Part shown: positions 9,151 to 20,940 of the stretch, piece by piece | Layout of the letters: each line of letters opens with the position of its first letter | How positions within the stretch are numbered: the first letter of the stretch is position 1 | Assembly (NCBI GenBank): GCA_964649875.1 | Contig: CAZYSJ010000005.1 | Span: forward strand, 6,757 to 70,756 | Source of the DNA: an uncultured Caldilineaceae bacterium | GTDB lineage: Bacteria > Chloroflexota > Anaerolineae > Caldilineales > Caldilineaceae | DNA: 64,000 nt | Reading direction: 5' to 3' | Program-made: the position numbers and the translations under genes | The notes under the pieces: generated by a model | What the model was told of the DNA's origin: nothing | What the model saw: the letters and a program-made list of their open reading frames with translations, nothing else | The model's database searches: none

Positions 9151-9942
9151 TCAAACCTGATCCGCTGTAGGTCCGCCTACAACCGGCGGCGCACCCGGCC
9201 CCATCTCGCCCGCCAGCGCCATTACCACGGCGATTGCAGCCAGCGCCGCCGTCTCCGCCCGCAGCGTACGCGGGCCAAGCGTCGCTATCTCCCATCCCGC
9301 CGCGACCGCCTCCTGCGCTTCCGCCGCAGAAAGCCCGCCCTCCGGCCCGATGAGCAGATCAATGCGCGGTTGTCCCGCCGCGCCGCCGATCGCACGGGCA
9401 AAGCGCTCGGACAGGCCGGGCGCGCCGCCCGCCTCTTCCCAGGGCAAGAAGCGCATGCCGTCCGCCCGGCGCACGGCCTCGGCATACGGCAGCGGCTCCG
9501 CCAACTCCGGCAGCAGACCGCGCCCGCTCTGTTCTGCGGCCTCGCGCACGATCGTGCGCCAGCGTTCATACTTGCGCAACAGCGCAGAGGCAGGCCGCAC
9601 AATGGTGCGCTCGCTGATGACCGGCACAAAGCGGCTCACGCCCAGTTCGGTCCCCTTCTGCAGCACCCACTCCATCTTGTCGGCCTTCAGCGCGCACTGC
9701 CACAGCGTCACATCGATGGCCGGCTCGCCGGTCGCGCGGCGTTTCTCCAGCACCCGCCCTGTCATCTCGCGGCCGTCGACCGCCTCAAGTTCGGTCACGT
9801 ACTCAAAGCCGTAACCGTCCAACAGCAGGACACGGTCGCCGGGTTTGGCGCGCAGCACCCGCTGTAACTGATGGCGCAGCGGCGACAAGTCAACCGCCGC
9901 CCCTGTCGCCGGCGGCGCATTCGTTAGAAAGAAACGATGCAT
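9151..9942 (-). CDS. rsmE: 16S rRNA (uracil1498-N3)-methyltransferase
   Basis: MHRFFL...RVLRAKPGDRVLLLDG (PUA-like N-terminus) and LLIGPEGGLSAAE (SPOUT knot motif). Confidence 0.85.
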   Translation of the reverse strand: MHRFFLTNAPPATGAAVDLSPLRHQLQRVLRAKPGDRVLLLDGYGFEYVTELEAVDGREMTGRVLEKRRATGEPAIDVTLWQCALKADKMEWVLQKGTELGVSRFVPVISERTIVRPASALLRKYERWRTIVREAAEQSGRGLLPELAEPLPYAEAVRRADGMRFLPWEEAGGAPGLSERFARAIGGAAGQPRIDLLIGPEGGLSAAEAQEAVAAGWEIATLGPRTLRAETAALAAIAVVMALAGEMGPGAPPVVGGPTADQV

Positions 9943-9963
9943 TCCTCGCCTGCCCAGTCCTAT

Positions 9964-10947
<984 letters not shown>

Positions 10948-11080
10948 CGCCCCATCCTTTGCCCGACGTGGGCCGGGATCTATGGCACACACAAAGAACG
11001 GAGACCCGCTCGCGCTACACTGGTCTCCGTTCTCGGTCTGTCTGGGTCTGTATGCATTCGCCGCACCGCTGCGCAACCGT

Positions 11081-12199
11081 TTAGCTGCCGCCGAAAATGC
11101 GGTCAAAAAAGCCTTTATGCTCCTCCAGCGGCGCATCGTCGAAGGTGCGCGCCAATTCGCGCAGCAACTCCTTCTGCTCGGCGGAAAGCTTAGTGGGCGT
11201 CTCCACCCGCACCGTCACGATCATATCCCCGCGCCCGCTGCGTTGCAGCCGCGGAACGCCCTTGCCGCGCAGCCGGAAAGTCCGCCCAGCCTGCACGCCG
11301 GCGGGGATCTCAAGTTCCTCCTGATCGCCCTCCAGAGTAGGCACTTTCACCGTTGCGCCTAGCGCAGCTTGCGCAAAGTTGATCGGGTACTCCAGATGCA
11401 CGTCGAACTGGTCGCGCACAAAAATGGGATGCGGCTCAACCGAAATGACCACATACAGGTTGCCCGGAGGTCCGCCAAGTTGGCCCGCCTCCCCTTCACC
11501 AGCCAGCCGGATGCGCGTACCGTCATCCACGCCGGCGGGAATCTTGACGTTGATCTTGCGCGTCACGCGCACGCGCTTGCCGCCCTTGCACTTGGTGCAG
11601 GGGGAAGGGATCACCTCGCCGCTGCCGCCGCACGCCGGGCAAGGCGTCGACGAAATCACCGCGCCGAACAGCGCGCTCTGCTGGCGGCGACGCACCTCGC
11701 CCGTGCCGTTACAAGTCGAACACGCAACGGGCGACGTAGGCGGCTCTGCACCTGTGCCATGACAGTGGTCGCATGTTTCCAGGCGCGGGATCTCCAGTTC
11801 GCGCTCCGTTCCGAAAACGGCTTCCTCGAAGGTCAGCGTCAGGTCGGCGCGCAGATCAGACCCGCTGCGCGGCTGTCGCCGCCCGCGCGCGCCCGCGCCG
11901 CCGAAGCCGCCGAAGAACTCCTCGAAGATGCTGCTGAGGTCGCCAAAGCCGGCAGAGAAATCGTCGAAGCCGGCGCTGCGCAGCCCGTCGTGCCCGAAGC
12001 GATCATAGGCGGCGCGCTTCTGGTCATCACTCAACACCTGATAGGCTTCGTTGATCTCCTTGAAGCGCAACTCCGCTTCCGGCGCCGAATTCACATCCGG
12101 ATGGTATTGCTGCGCCAGCTTGCGAAAGGCCTTCTTCAGCGCATCCTTATTAGCCGTGCGATCCACGCCCAATACATCGTAATAATCTGGCTTGCTCAT
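11081..12199 (-). CDS. dnaJ: Molecular chaperone DnaJ
   Basis: J domain DYYDVLGV...YHPD, a G/F-rich linker, and four CxxCxGxG zinc motifs (CDHCHGTG, CSTCNGTG, CPACGGSG, CTKCKGGK). Confidence 0.95.
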   Translation of the reverse strand: MSKPDYYDVLGVDRTANKDALKKAFRKLAQQYHPDVNSAPEAELRFKEINEAYQVLSDDQKRAAYDRFGHDGLRSAGFDDFSAGFGDLSSIFEEFFGGFGGAGARGRRQPRSGSDLRADLTLTFEEAVFGTERELEIPRLETCDHCHGTGAEPPTSPVACSTCNGTGEVRRRQQSALFGAVISSTPCPACGGSGEVIPSPCTKCKGGKRVRVTRKINVKIPAGVDDGTRIRLAGEGEAGQLGGPPGNLYVVISVEPHPIFVRDQFDVHLEYPINFAQAALGATVKVPTLEGDQEELEIPAGVQAGRTFRLRGKGVPRLQRSGRGDMIVTVRVETPTKLSAEQKELLRELARTFDDAPLEEHKGFFDRIFGGS

Positions 12200-12256
12200 C
12201 GTCTCGTATACCTACGGCTACCTACAACTTACGACCGTTGCCACACCCGGCCTACT

Positions 12257-12448
12257 CTACTCCCAACTGATAATCCACGCACACAACCCGGCGAGCACAA
12301 TCGTCGCCGCCGCCAACGCAGCCCACTGGCCCGGCAGAAAGCCGACATGCCGCGCGCTAAAATACAGAATGATCAACATGCTCACGGCCAGCACCAGCCA
12401 GTTGGACAATACGGGATGCACATTCCAAAAACGCTTGATCGATTCCAT
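12257..12448 (-). CDS. Hypothetical small membrane protein (2 TM)
   Basis: MESIKRFWNVHPVLSNWLVLAVSMLIILYF...AALAAATIVLAGLCAWII; 63 aa. It lies between coaE and dnaJ. Confidence 0.4.
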   Translation of the reverse strand: MESIKRFWNVHPVLSNWLVLAVSMLIILYFSARHVGFLPGQWAALAAATIVLAGLCAWIISWE

Positions 12449-12461
12449 ATCGATGCCTCGC

Positions 12462-13094
12462 TTATGCCTCAGCCGTTCCCAATCGGGCTGCGAACTTGCT
12501 TTGCAGATCGGCCCAGATGCGATCCAGTTGTGCATAGAGATCCGCCAGCGTGCCGTTATTGTCGATCACGCGGTCAGCCTGGTTGACTTTGGCGGCTTGG
12601 GGCGACTGCATATCCATGCGCCGCCGCGTCTCCTCCTCGGGCATGCCTCGGTTTTCCAGCGCGCGCCGCACTTGCGCCGTGGGGCTGGCGACTACCACCC
12701 AAATTTCGTCACACAGACCGGCCATCGTGCCGGCCTCCAACAGCTTGATCGCCTCCAGCACGACGATTTTTGCCGGCGACTCCTTAATCCTGTTATACAC
12801 CCAAGCAAATACGGCAGGATGTACGATTTGCTCCAAGCGACCCAATCGTTCGGCATCGCCAAAGACGATCTCGCCCAGTTTGCGCCGGTCGATTTCGCCC
12901 TGTTCGTCCAAAATGTCTGCACCGAACTCGGCCACGATGTCCGCATAGGCTGCGCCGCCGGCTTCCATCACCCGATGAGCCACGCGATCCGCATCGATGG
13001 CCCACGCGCCGTGCCGCTTCAAATACTCGGCAACCGTGCTTTTGCCTGTAGCGATGTTGCCGGTAAGTCCAATTACCACCGAATCCGTCGACAT
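12462..13094 (-). CDS. coaE: Dephospho-CoA kinase
   Basis: MSTDSVVIGLTGNIATGKSTV (P-loop) and AIDADRVAH; about 210 aa from the ATG at 13094. Confidence 0.85.
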   Translation of the reverse strand: MSTDSVVIGLTGNIATGKSTVAEYLKRHGAWAIDADRVAHRVMEAGGAAYADIVAEFGADILDEQGEIDRRKLGEIVFGDAERLGRLEQIVHPAVFAWVYNRIKESPAKIVVLEAIKLLEAGTMAGLCDEIWVVVASPTAQVRRALENRGMPEEETRRRMDMQSPQAAKVNQADRVIDNNGTLADLYAQLDRIWADLQSKFAARLGTAEA

Positions 13095-13449
13095 GCGCTC
13101 CCTAATCAGTCTCGGTGTCCATACAAAGCGCCATTCAACCATCACTTCAACCATCGTTGCGCTCGCGCGCCCGTTTTCATGCGCCAAAGCCGGCCGACGC
13201 GCGCTAGATCATACCATAGCCTTCCGCCGCCCCGAAAACAACCCTCCGCCGCACGTGGGGGTCTGCCCCAGATTCCGGACGATCATTGCGACGATCATTG
13301 TGTAGGAAAGGCTCTCCTGGGATCGCCGACGACTTTGACGCCAGGGATGGCGGCGTTCCCGGCATCATCAATCCTTAGGAACCAGCGGAATTGTTCTCAG
13401 GGCGACGAATACGCCGAAATATCGGTGTCCGCCCCCGTTTCGCGCGCAG

Positions 13450-13478
13450 TTGTGTGGATAAGTGTTTCCGACTATAAT
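13450..13478 (+). promoter_or_regulatory. Candidate sigma70-like promoter of the liv operon
   Basis: TTGTGT (13450-13455), 17-nt spacer, TATAAT (13473-13478). This would give a 5' leader of about 215 nt. Confidence 0.35.
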
Positions 13479-13700
13479 TATGCGCCATCAGACGGGGGTC
13501 TTGGCTCTGTCGTTTTTCACATCACAGAGCAGGGTAAGTTTTGTTGACGCCGGCCATAAAACTGATCCGCCAGGGCTCCGCCCACAACGTGAAGCGGTAT
13601 TTCTGATCCTACTCCATCCTTTTGGCCCGTGAGAGTTGAGTCGCCTTCTCACACATCACAATTTCAACTTGTCCAAATGTCGAACAGACGGGAGAAGCAG

Positions 13701-14999
13701 ATGCGTAAGTATTCGATGATTTTTGGATTGCTGGTTGTCGTGGCGCTAGTTATGACCGCTTGCGGCGGCGGCGCGGCCCCCGCCGCGGAACAAGCAGCCG
13801 CACCCGCAGCAGAGGAAGCAGCCGCTCCGGCGGCGGAAGAAGCAGCCGCACCCGCAACAGCTGATAGCGCCGAGGGCAAAGTTATCGTCGCACCTGGGCA
13901 GCCGATCCGCATCGGCGGTTCGTTCGGTTTGACCGGCCCGATCCCCGATCCGGGCAAAGATGAGCACCAATCAGTACAGATAGCGGTTGAAGACGTGAAT
14001 GCCGCCGGCGGCGTCAATGGCTTCATGCTCGAACTGGTGGCCGAAGACGGCGCCTGCTCCGGCGATCAGGGCACAGTCGTCGCCAACAAGTTCGCCGCGG
14101 ATCCCACGATTGTCGCGGTCTCCGGCGGCATGTGCTCGGGTGAAACCTTTGCCATGATTCCGATCCTCATGGAAGCTCGTATCCCGTTCGTGTCCCCGAG
14201 CGCCACCAATCCCGATGTAACTTCGCCCGAATGTGACATCTGCAACCGCGTGGCGTTGAGCGACGCCTTGCAGGGCGAGACCGATGCCGCCTACGCGCTG
14301 GAGACGCTTGGCGTCACCAAGGCCGCTGTCATGCACGACAACAGCGACTACGGCAAGGGCGTAGCCGAAACCTTCCAGGCGGCGTTTGAAGCCGGCGGCG
14401 GCGAAGTGACCGCCTTCGAAGGCGTGCAGGTCGGCGACACCGACTTCCGCGCAGCCCTGGCGAAAATCGGCGCCGGCAGCCCCGAAGTCATCTTCTTCGG
14501 CGGCTATGCCACCGAGGCCGGCCTGATCGCCACCCAGATGAAGGAAACCGCCGGTCTTGAAGAAGCCTACTTCATGAGCGACGACGGCACTTACATGCAG
14601 CAGTATCTCGACGCTGCCGGCGCAGCGGCGGAAGGCACCTTCGCCTCCTCCTTCGCAGGCACTGCCGAGTCTGAACGCAATATCGAGTTCGTCGACAAGT
14701 ATGTCGAAAAATTCGGCATGCATCCCAGCGATCTGGGGCCGTTCCATTACCAGTCGTATGACACAGTCCTGGTCATCACCGAGGCGCTGAAGAAGGCGTC
14801 TGAGGTCGACGATGCCGGCAACCTGGTCATCGACCGCGAAGCGCTCATCACAGCCATTCGCGAGACCGAGGGGCTTGAAGGGCTTACCGGCACGATCACC
14901 TGCAACGAAGTCGGCGACTGCGGCGCCGGCGGCATCCAGATCTACGAAGTCATTGACGGGGCCTTCCAACAGGTCTCCGGCTTTGGCATGGAAGAATAG
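13701..14999 (+). CDS. Branched-chain amino acid ABC transporter substrate-binding lipoprotein
   Basis: Lipoprotein signal MRKYSMIFGLLVVVALVMTAC, an Ala/Pro/Glu linker, then a LivJ/K-type periplasmic binding fold (IRIGGSFGLTGP, GVNGF...ELVAEDGAC). GGAGAAG is the RBS. Confidence 0.85.
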   Translation: MRKYSMIFGLLVVVALVMTACGGGAAPAAEQAAAPAAEEAAAPAAEEAAAPATADSAEGKVIVAPGQPIRIGGSFGLTGPIPDPGKDEHQSVQIAVEDVNAAGGVNGFMLELVAEDGACSGDQGTVVANKFAADPTIVAVSGGMCSGETFAMIPILMEARIPFVSPSATNPDVTSPECDICNRVALSDALQGETDAAYALETLGVTKAAVMHDNSDYGKGVAETFQAAFEAGGGEVTAFEGVQVGDTDFRAALAKIGAGSPEVIFFGGYATEAGLIATQMKETAGLEEAYFMSDDGTYMQQYLDAAGAAAEGTFASSFAGTAESERNIEFVDKYVEKFGMHPSDLGPFHYQSYDTVLVITEALKKASEVDDAGNLVIDREALITAIRETEGLEGLTGTITCNEVGDCGAGGIQIYEVIDGAFQQVSGFGMEE

Positions 15000-15190
15000 C
15001 CGGCTGGCAACGTAACGCGATCTGAGTAACGCGAACTGAGTAACGCGATCTGAACGAACGTCACCCGAATGGAGCAAGGGGTTCCGCTCTTGCTCCATTC
15101 CCCTCCATCAGCGGGTCTACCATCAACGCCATACGCACCCCCTGCCTGCGTCACTGAAGCGCAAGGGGACAATCATCCGGACAGCGGCCC

Positions 15191-16264
15191 ATGACATCCA
15201 CAACAGCCCGTATTGACAGCGCAGCCTCTCGCCGAGTCCGTTCGCCAAGCCTCATCAAATGGGGGTTAGGAATCGTGATCTTGGCGCTGCTAAGCTGGCG
15301 CGTGATCACCGTCGGCGTGGCCGAAGGCTATCCGGCGTCCTTCTGGGCTTCCCAAGCGCTCAACGGCCTCGTCCTCGGCGGCGTCTATGCCCTGGTTGCA
15401 CTGGGCTATACGCTCGTCTACGGCATCCTTTTCATGATCAACTTCGCCCACGGCGAGATCATGATGTTGGGCGGGATCGCCGGTTACTTTGCCCTGCAAG
15501 TCTTCACCGCCCTCGGCTGGATGGAAGGGTCTGCTGCGCTCGTCATTCTGGGGCTGCTGCTGATCATGGCTATCGGCATGGCGACCTCGGTCGTCACCGG
15601 CGTGACATTGGAGCGGCTTGCCTATCGCCCGTTGCGCAAGGCGCCGAGGCTCGTTCCTCTCATCAGCGCCATCGGGGCCTCGCTCTTCATCCAGTATTCG
15701 GTGCTGCTCATTTTCGGCGTCAGCCCGCACGTCTATCGCAAGCCTGCCCTGCTCGAAGGCGGCTTTCGCGTCGGCCAAGTATTCGTCTCCTACACCGGCC
15801 TCATCATCTTTGTCACCTCTATCGTGCTGATGCTGGCGCTCTATCAGATCATCCAGCGCACCAAACTCGGTCGCGCCATGCGCTCTGTGGCCGAAGACAA
15901 AGACACCTCGGCGCTGATGGGCGTCAACGTCGACCAAGTGATCGTCTTTACCTTCATCCTCGGCTCAGCCCTAGCCGGTGCGGCGGGCGTCATGCTCGGC
16001 TTCCACAACACAGTGGTCAAGTTCAACAGCGGCTTTATTCCGGGCATCAAAGCCTTTACCGCCGCCGTGTTGGGCGGCATCGGCAACATCCCCGGCGCCA
16101 TGTTCGGCGCCATGATCTTGGGGCTGATCGAATCCATCGGCCCCAGCGCCCTGGGCATTCCCACCGAATACAAGGATATTATCGCCTTCAGCATGCTGGT
16201 GCTGATCCTGATCTTCAGGCCCACCGGTCTCTTCGGCGAAATCCTGAGCGAGAAGAAGGCATAG
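15191..16264 (+). CDS. livH: Branched-chain amino acid ABC transporter permease (LivH type)
   Basis: LNGLVLGGVYALVALGYTLVYGILFMINFAHGE is the canonical LivH N-terminal core. There is an extra leader of about 45 aa with one TM. Confidence 0.85.
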   Translation: MTSTTARIDSAASRRVRSPSLIKWGLGIVILALLSWRVITVGVAEGYPASFWASQALNGLVLGGVYALVALGYTLVYGILFMINFAHGEIMMLGGIAGYFALQVFTALGWMEGSAALVILGLLLIMAIGMATSVVTGVTLERLAYRPLRKAPRLVPLISAIGASLFIQYSVLLIFGVSPHVYRKPALLEGGFRVGQVFVSYTGLIIFVTSIVLMLALYQIIQRTKLGRAMRSVAEDKDTSALMGVNVDQVIVFTFILGSALAGAAGVMLGFHNTVVKFNSGFIPGIKAFTAAVLGGIGNIPGAMFGAMILGLIESIGPSALGIPTEYKDIIAFSMLVLILIFRPTGLFGEILSEKKA

Positions 16265-16266
16265 CC

Positions 16267-18006
16267 ATGGCCCAACAAGAACCTCTGCGCCGCGGCGTCA
16301 CAATCGGGCTGATCGCCTTTGCCGTCCTCACCTACGCCATCCTGATCGGCGTCCCGACCCGCATAGGCGCGGCAGCCTTTCCGGTCCTGTCCGCTCTCAT
16401 CGCCCTCTTCATCTTTGCCATACTGCACCGCCCCATGAAGGGCTATCCTGCCGGACGCTCCGCCATGTCGATCATCCGACAAGCGATCACAGCCGGCCTT
16501 GTGGCGGGAGCGCTTGTCGCCGCTCTCATCTGGCTCTTTACCGCGCTCATGGCGGACGGCGTCCGCATCCAACCGGTCTTCGACCAGGTTGTGCCGCAAA
16601 ACATCGCCGCGCTGCACAACGTAAGCCCCGGCGCCGTCGCGAACGGTGAAGTCTCCTGGACCAGCCCTCTGCTGCAGATCGGCATGATGGCTCTGGCCGG
16701 CCTGGCGGGAGCCGCTCTAGTCTTGCTCAACCGCAGCCATGCGGCGGACGCTTTGCGCGCCCGGCGCGTTCCCGGCGCGCGATGGATCGTGATCGCCCTG
16801 CCCTTCGTGCTGATGCTGCTCGTCATCTGGCTCGGCAACCCAAGCGTCACCATCGGCGGCCCCAACAAGGGCACCATCCGCCTACTCCTGGCGATGATCA
16901 CATTCGGCAGCGGCCTTTTCTCCCTGCGCCAAGCCAACCGGCCCCGAGAACGCGTCATCGTCGGCATCCTGCTCACCGCCGGCGCACTCTACATGCCCTT
17001 CACCCTCGACCAATTCCAAAACTCGGTGATGGGCCTCGTCTTCATCTTTGCCATGATGGGCCTCGGCCTCAACATTGTCGTCGGCTATGCCGGCCTGCTT
17101 GACCTGGGCTATGTGGCCTTCTTCGCCATCGGCGCCTACGTCTACGCCTTCATCTCGGCGCCCTTCTCATCGCCCTTCATCACCCAGCAGTTGACCAATT
17201 TGGGCGTCGATTCGAATACGCCGCTGCTCGGTTTCTGGATCGCCATGCCCGTGACTATGGCCGTCGCCTGCATCAGCGGCGCGCTGCTGGGCATCCCCGT
17301 GCTGCGTATGCGCGGCGACTACCTTGCCATCGTCACCCTCGGCTTCGGCGAAATCATCCGCCTGTTTATGCTCAACATGGCGCCCTTGACCAACGGCCCG
17401 CGCGGCCTGCTGCGCATCGCCCCGCCCGCCATCGGGGACTTCTCGCTAGGCAGCCCTCGTTACATCTTTCTGCTCGCCTTGCTCGGCGCCGGGCTAATCG
17501 CTTTCGCCGCCTACCGCCTGAATGACTCGCGCCTGGGCCGCGCCTGGACCGCCATGCGCGATGACGAAGACGTCGCCCAGGCCACAGGCATCAACCTTGT
17601 ACGCACAAAACTGCTCGCCTTTGCCACCGGCGCGACCTTCGCCGGGCTGGCCGGCCAACTCTACGCCGCCCGCCAGGTAAACATCTTCCCGGAAAACTTC
17701 ACACTCTTCGTCTCCATCGACGCCCTGTCGATCATCATCGTCGGCGGCATCGGCAGCATACCGGGCGTGGTGTTGGGCGCGCTGGCGCTGAAAGGCCTGC
17801 CCGAAGTGCTGCGCGGCATCGACGAATACCGCATCGTCGCCTTCGCCGCCCTGCTCGTCATCATGATGATCGTTAAGCCCGAAGGCATCATGCCGGCAGA
17901 GCGCCGCAAACGTCAGTTGCGACGCGACGACAACCCCGTCGTCGACTCCTCCGGCCAGAACCCCGCCGGCGGCGCCGATGCGTCCCTCGAAGAACGGAGC
18001 AGCTGA
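16267..18006 (+). CDS. livM: Branched-chain amino acid ABC transporter permease (LivM type) with long N-terminal membrane extension
   Basis: The ATG at 16267 lies 2 nt after the livH stop. The C-terminal core GLGLNIVVGYAGLLDLGYVAFFAIGAY is LivM. The first 230 aa or so are additional TM helices. Confidence 0.85.
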   Translation: MAQQEPLRRGVTIGLIAFAVLTYAILIGVPTRIGAAAFPVLSALIALFIFAILHRPMKGYPAGRSAMSIIRQAITAGLVAGALVAALIWLFTALMADGVRIQPVFDQVVPQNIAALHNVSPGAVANGEVSWTSPLLQIGMMALAGLAGAALVLLNRSHAADALRARRVPGARWIVIALPFVLMLLVIWLGNPSVTIGGPNKGTIRLLLAMITFGSGLFSLRQANRPRERVIVGILLTAGALYMPFTLDQFQNSVMGLVFIFAMMGLGLNIVVGYAGLLDLGYVAFFAIGAYVYAFISAPFSSPFITQQLTNLGVDSNTPLLGFWIAMPVTMAVACISGALLGIPVLRMRGDYLAIVTLGFGEIIRLFMLNMAPLTNGPRGLLRIAPPAIGDFSLGSPRYIFLLALLGAGLIAFAAYRLNDSRLGRAWTAMRDDEDVAQATGINLVRTKLLAFATGATFAGLAGQLYAARQVNIFPENFTLFVSIDALSIIIVGGIGSIPGVVLGALALKGLPEVLRGIDEYRIVAFAALLVIMMIVKPEGIMPAERRKRQLRRDDNPVVDSSGQNPAGGADASLEERSS

Positions 18007-18008
18007 CC

Positions 18009-18839
<831 letters not shown>

Positions 18840-18881
18840 CGTCTGTCATCAACTCCCTATCGGATGCGGAGCAGCTAATCC

Positions 18882-19589
18882 ATGCTCGTCCTAGACAACG
18901 TTCACACCTACTACGGCCATATCCATGCGCTCAAAGGCGTCTCCTTGCGCGTCGAGCAGGGCGAAATCGTCACGCTCATCGGCTCCAACGGCGCCGGCAA
19001 AACAACGACGCTCAACACGATCAGCGGCCTGCTCGCCCCGCGCACCGGGACCATCACGCTAGAAGGCAAGACGATCGCGCATACGCCCGCGCACGATGTG
19101 GCGAAACTCGGCGTGTCGCAGGCGCCGGAAGGCCGCAAAATCTTCGCTCGCCTCACCGTCCAGGAAAATCTGGAGATGGGCGCGTTCTACCGCACCGACA
19201 GCGCCGAGATCAAAGCCGATTACGAACGCGTACTGGAGCTATTTCCGCGACTGAAGGAACGGCTCAAACAACCGGGCGGCACACTCTCCGGCGGCGAACA
19301 ACAGATGCTCGCCATCGGACGCGCCCTCATGAGCCGGCCGCGCATCTTGCTGCTCGACGAACCTTCAATGGGACTGGCCCCCATCCTGGTGCAGATCATC
19401 TTCGAGATCATCCGCAACATCAACCAGCAAGGCACGACCATCCTGCTCGTCGAGCAGAACGCGCACGCCGCCCTCGAACTGGCCAACCGCGGCTATGTGT
19501 TACAGACGGGGAATATTGTCCTAAGCGATACGGCTGCGGAACTGCGCAAAAACCCGATGGTGCAGAAGGTCTACCTGGGCATCGACTGA
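18882..19589 (+). CDS. livF: ABC transporter ATP-binding protein (LivF type)
   Basis: Walker A GSNGAGKTT, signature LSGGEQQMLAIGRAL, Walker B ILLLDEPSMGLAP. Confidence 0.9.
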   Translation: MLVLDNVHTYYGHIHALKGVSLRVEQGEIVTLIGSNGAGKTTTLNTISGLLAPRTGTITLEGKTIAHTPAHDVAKLGVSQAPEGRKIFARLTVQENLEMGAFYRTDSAEIKADYERVLELFPRLKERLKQPGGTLSGGEQQMLAIGRALMSRPRILLLDEPSMGLAPILVQIIFEIIRNINQQGTTILLVEQNAHAALELANRGYVLQTGNIVLSDTAAELRKNPMVQKVYLGID

Positions 19590-19597
19590 GCCAAGCC

Positions 19598-20266
19598 CTA
19601 CCACAACGTTACGACCCGCTCCCGGCCCTCCTTGAGCTGCGTGCGGTTGGTGCGCAGCGCCAAGAATACCGAAGCAAACGCAATGACGCCGTAGACCACA
19701 TACGGCCAAAAAGTCGCCCAGTCGTCGACGGCAAGCATGGCGAAAATGGCAAACGTGCTGACGCCGACGCTAAACGTGGCAATCGACGCGATCCGGCTCC
19801 ACCAAAACATGATCCCGCCGATCAGCCACACCATGCCGCCCACCGGCGGATAGAGCGCCATCGTAGTCGCCGCGCCGGTGATGCCGCCCGCTCCTCCCTT
19901 AAAACCCAGAAAGACCGACCAGATGTGCCCGACGATGGCGAGTCCGCCGGCCAACGACTGCGCCAAGTGCAGCGCGTTCGCACGGCTCACCGCCTCGCTT
20001 ACGCTCATCGACGTCGGCTCCGGGAACAACCCGCGCATCAGCACGGTCACCAGCCAGATCGCCACCGCGCCTTTGACGGCATCCCCGATCACGGTAGGGA
20101 TCGCCGCCTTGAGACCGGCGGCGCGCCAGGCATTGGTCGCACCCGTGCGCCCGCTCCCCACCTGGCGGATGTCCACCCCATAGAGCCGGCAGGCCAACAC
20201 CCCCACGGGGATGGCCCCCAAGAGGTAACCGACCAGCGCCGCCACAGGCGCCATGATCCAGATCAT
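19598..20266 (-). CDS. plsY: Glycerol-3-phosphate acyltransferase PlsY
   Basis: GYLLGAIPVGVL...VGSGRTGATNAWR...KGGAG are PlsY motifs; 222 aa and polytopic. Confidence 0.9.
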   Translation of the reverse strand: MIWIMAPVAALVGYLLGAIPVGVLACRLYGVDIRQVGSGRTGATNAWRAAGLKAAIPTVIGDAVKGAVAIWLVTVLMRGLFPEPTSMSVSEAVSRANALHLAQSLAGGLAIVGHIWSVFLGFKGGAGGITGAATTMALYPPVGGMVWLIGGIMFWWSRIASIATFSVGVSTFAIFAMLAVDDWATFWPYVVYGVIAFASVFLALRTNRTQLKEGRERVVTLW

Positions 20267-20299
20267 ACGACGGACCCTTTCTCACTACTCGCGCCGGCC

Positions 20300-20788
20300 T
20301 CAGCCTGTCGTCCCCTCAGACGGCGCAATGCGATCAGAAGGCGCAATCCGCTCGGATGAAGCGGGCTTCTCATATGGCGTGATGACCGGTATCGGCTCAT
20401 CCGCCTGGCGCGACGCTGGGGCCGGCGACTCCGCCGGCGCAGCGCCGCGGATGTCAACCTCCGCATGCAGCGCCACGCCTTCGTCCATGAAGAAGCTGTT
20501 GACGTGAAGCGCGCCGCTCACCTGGCTCCCCTCCAACAGCTCCACCCGGTCGGCGCGCAGTTCGCCCCAAAACGCCCCGCGAATGCTCACCGTCTTGGCG
20601 ACAATGTCGCAGCGCACGCGCGCCGTCTCGGTTAAGATCACGTTGGCGGGCGTTTGGATGCGCCCGCCGTCCACCGCGCCGTCGATGCGGATGCTTGTGT
20701 CGCTGCTCAGATTCCCGCTAAAGGAAGCCCTCGGCCCGATGATGACCTCAATAGCATCCGGTTCCGGCTTACGAATTCGGCTAAACAT
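20300..20788 (-). CDS. Bactofilin-family cytoskeletal protein
   Basis: [29 protein letters not shown]...[30 protein letters not shown]...[13 protein letters not shown] is the beta-helical bactofilin repeat pattern. The tail is Pro-rich. Confidence 0.8.
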   Translation of the reverse strand: MFSRIRKPEPDAIEVIIGPRASFSGNLSSDTSIRIDGAVDGGRIQTPANVILTETARVRCDIVAKTVSIRGAFWGELRADRVELLEGSQVSGALHVNSFFMDEGVALHAEVDIRGAAPAESPAPASRQADEPIPVITPYEKPASSERIAPSDRIAPSEGTTG

Positions 20789-20940
20789 AGATTCCTCCTC
20801 GCCCCCCCAGCGGTATTCTCATCGCGGCCCCGCCGCTTTGCGGAATGCCGCCGATGTACGTTCCCAGAAGACAGCTCAACCGGCCAACGCCCGCCCACGC
20901 AGCAACCAAGCCGTATGAGCAGATCGCCTCTACGCCAACT

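Noticed and set aside
13095-13700. Possible T-box or known riboswitch in the liv leader.
   Set aside because: I could not find a T-box consensus, a specifier-loop arrangement or other riboswitch cores that I know. The region is kept only as an unexplained long leader in the findings.
15259-16266. N-terminal third of the 915-aa ORF (15259-18006), which would make a giant permease.
   Set aside because: This part is an out-of-frame overlap of livH with an Arg/Pro/His-rich translation. A proper ATG at 16267 right after the livH stop starts the LivM-like sequence.
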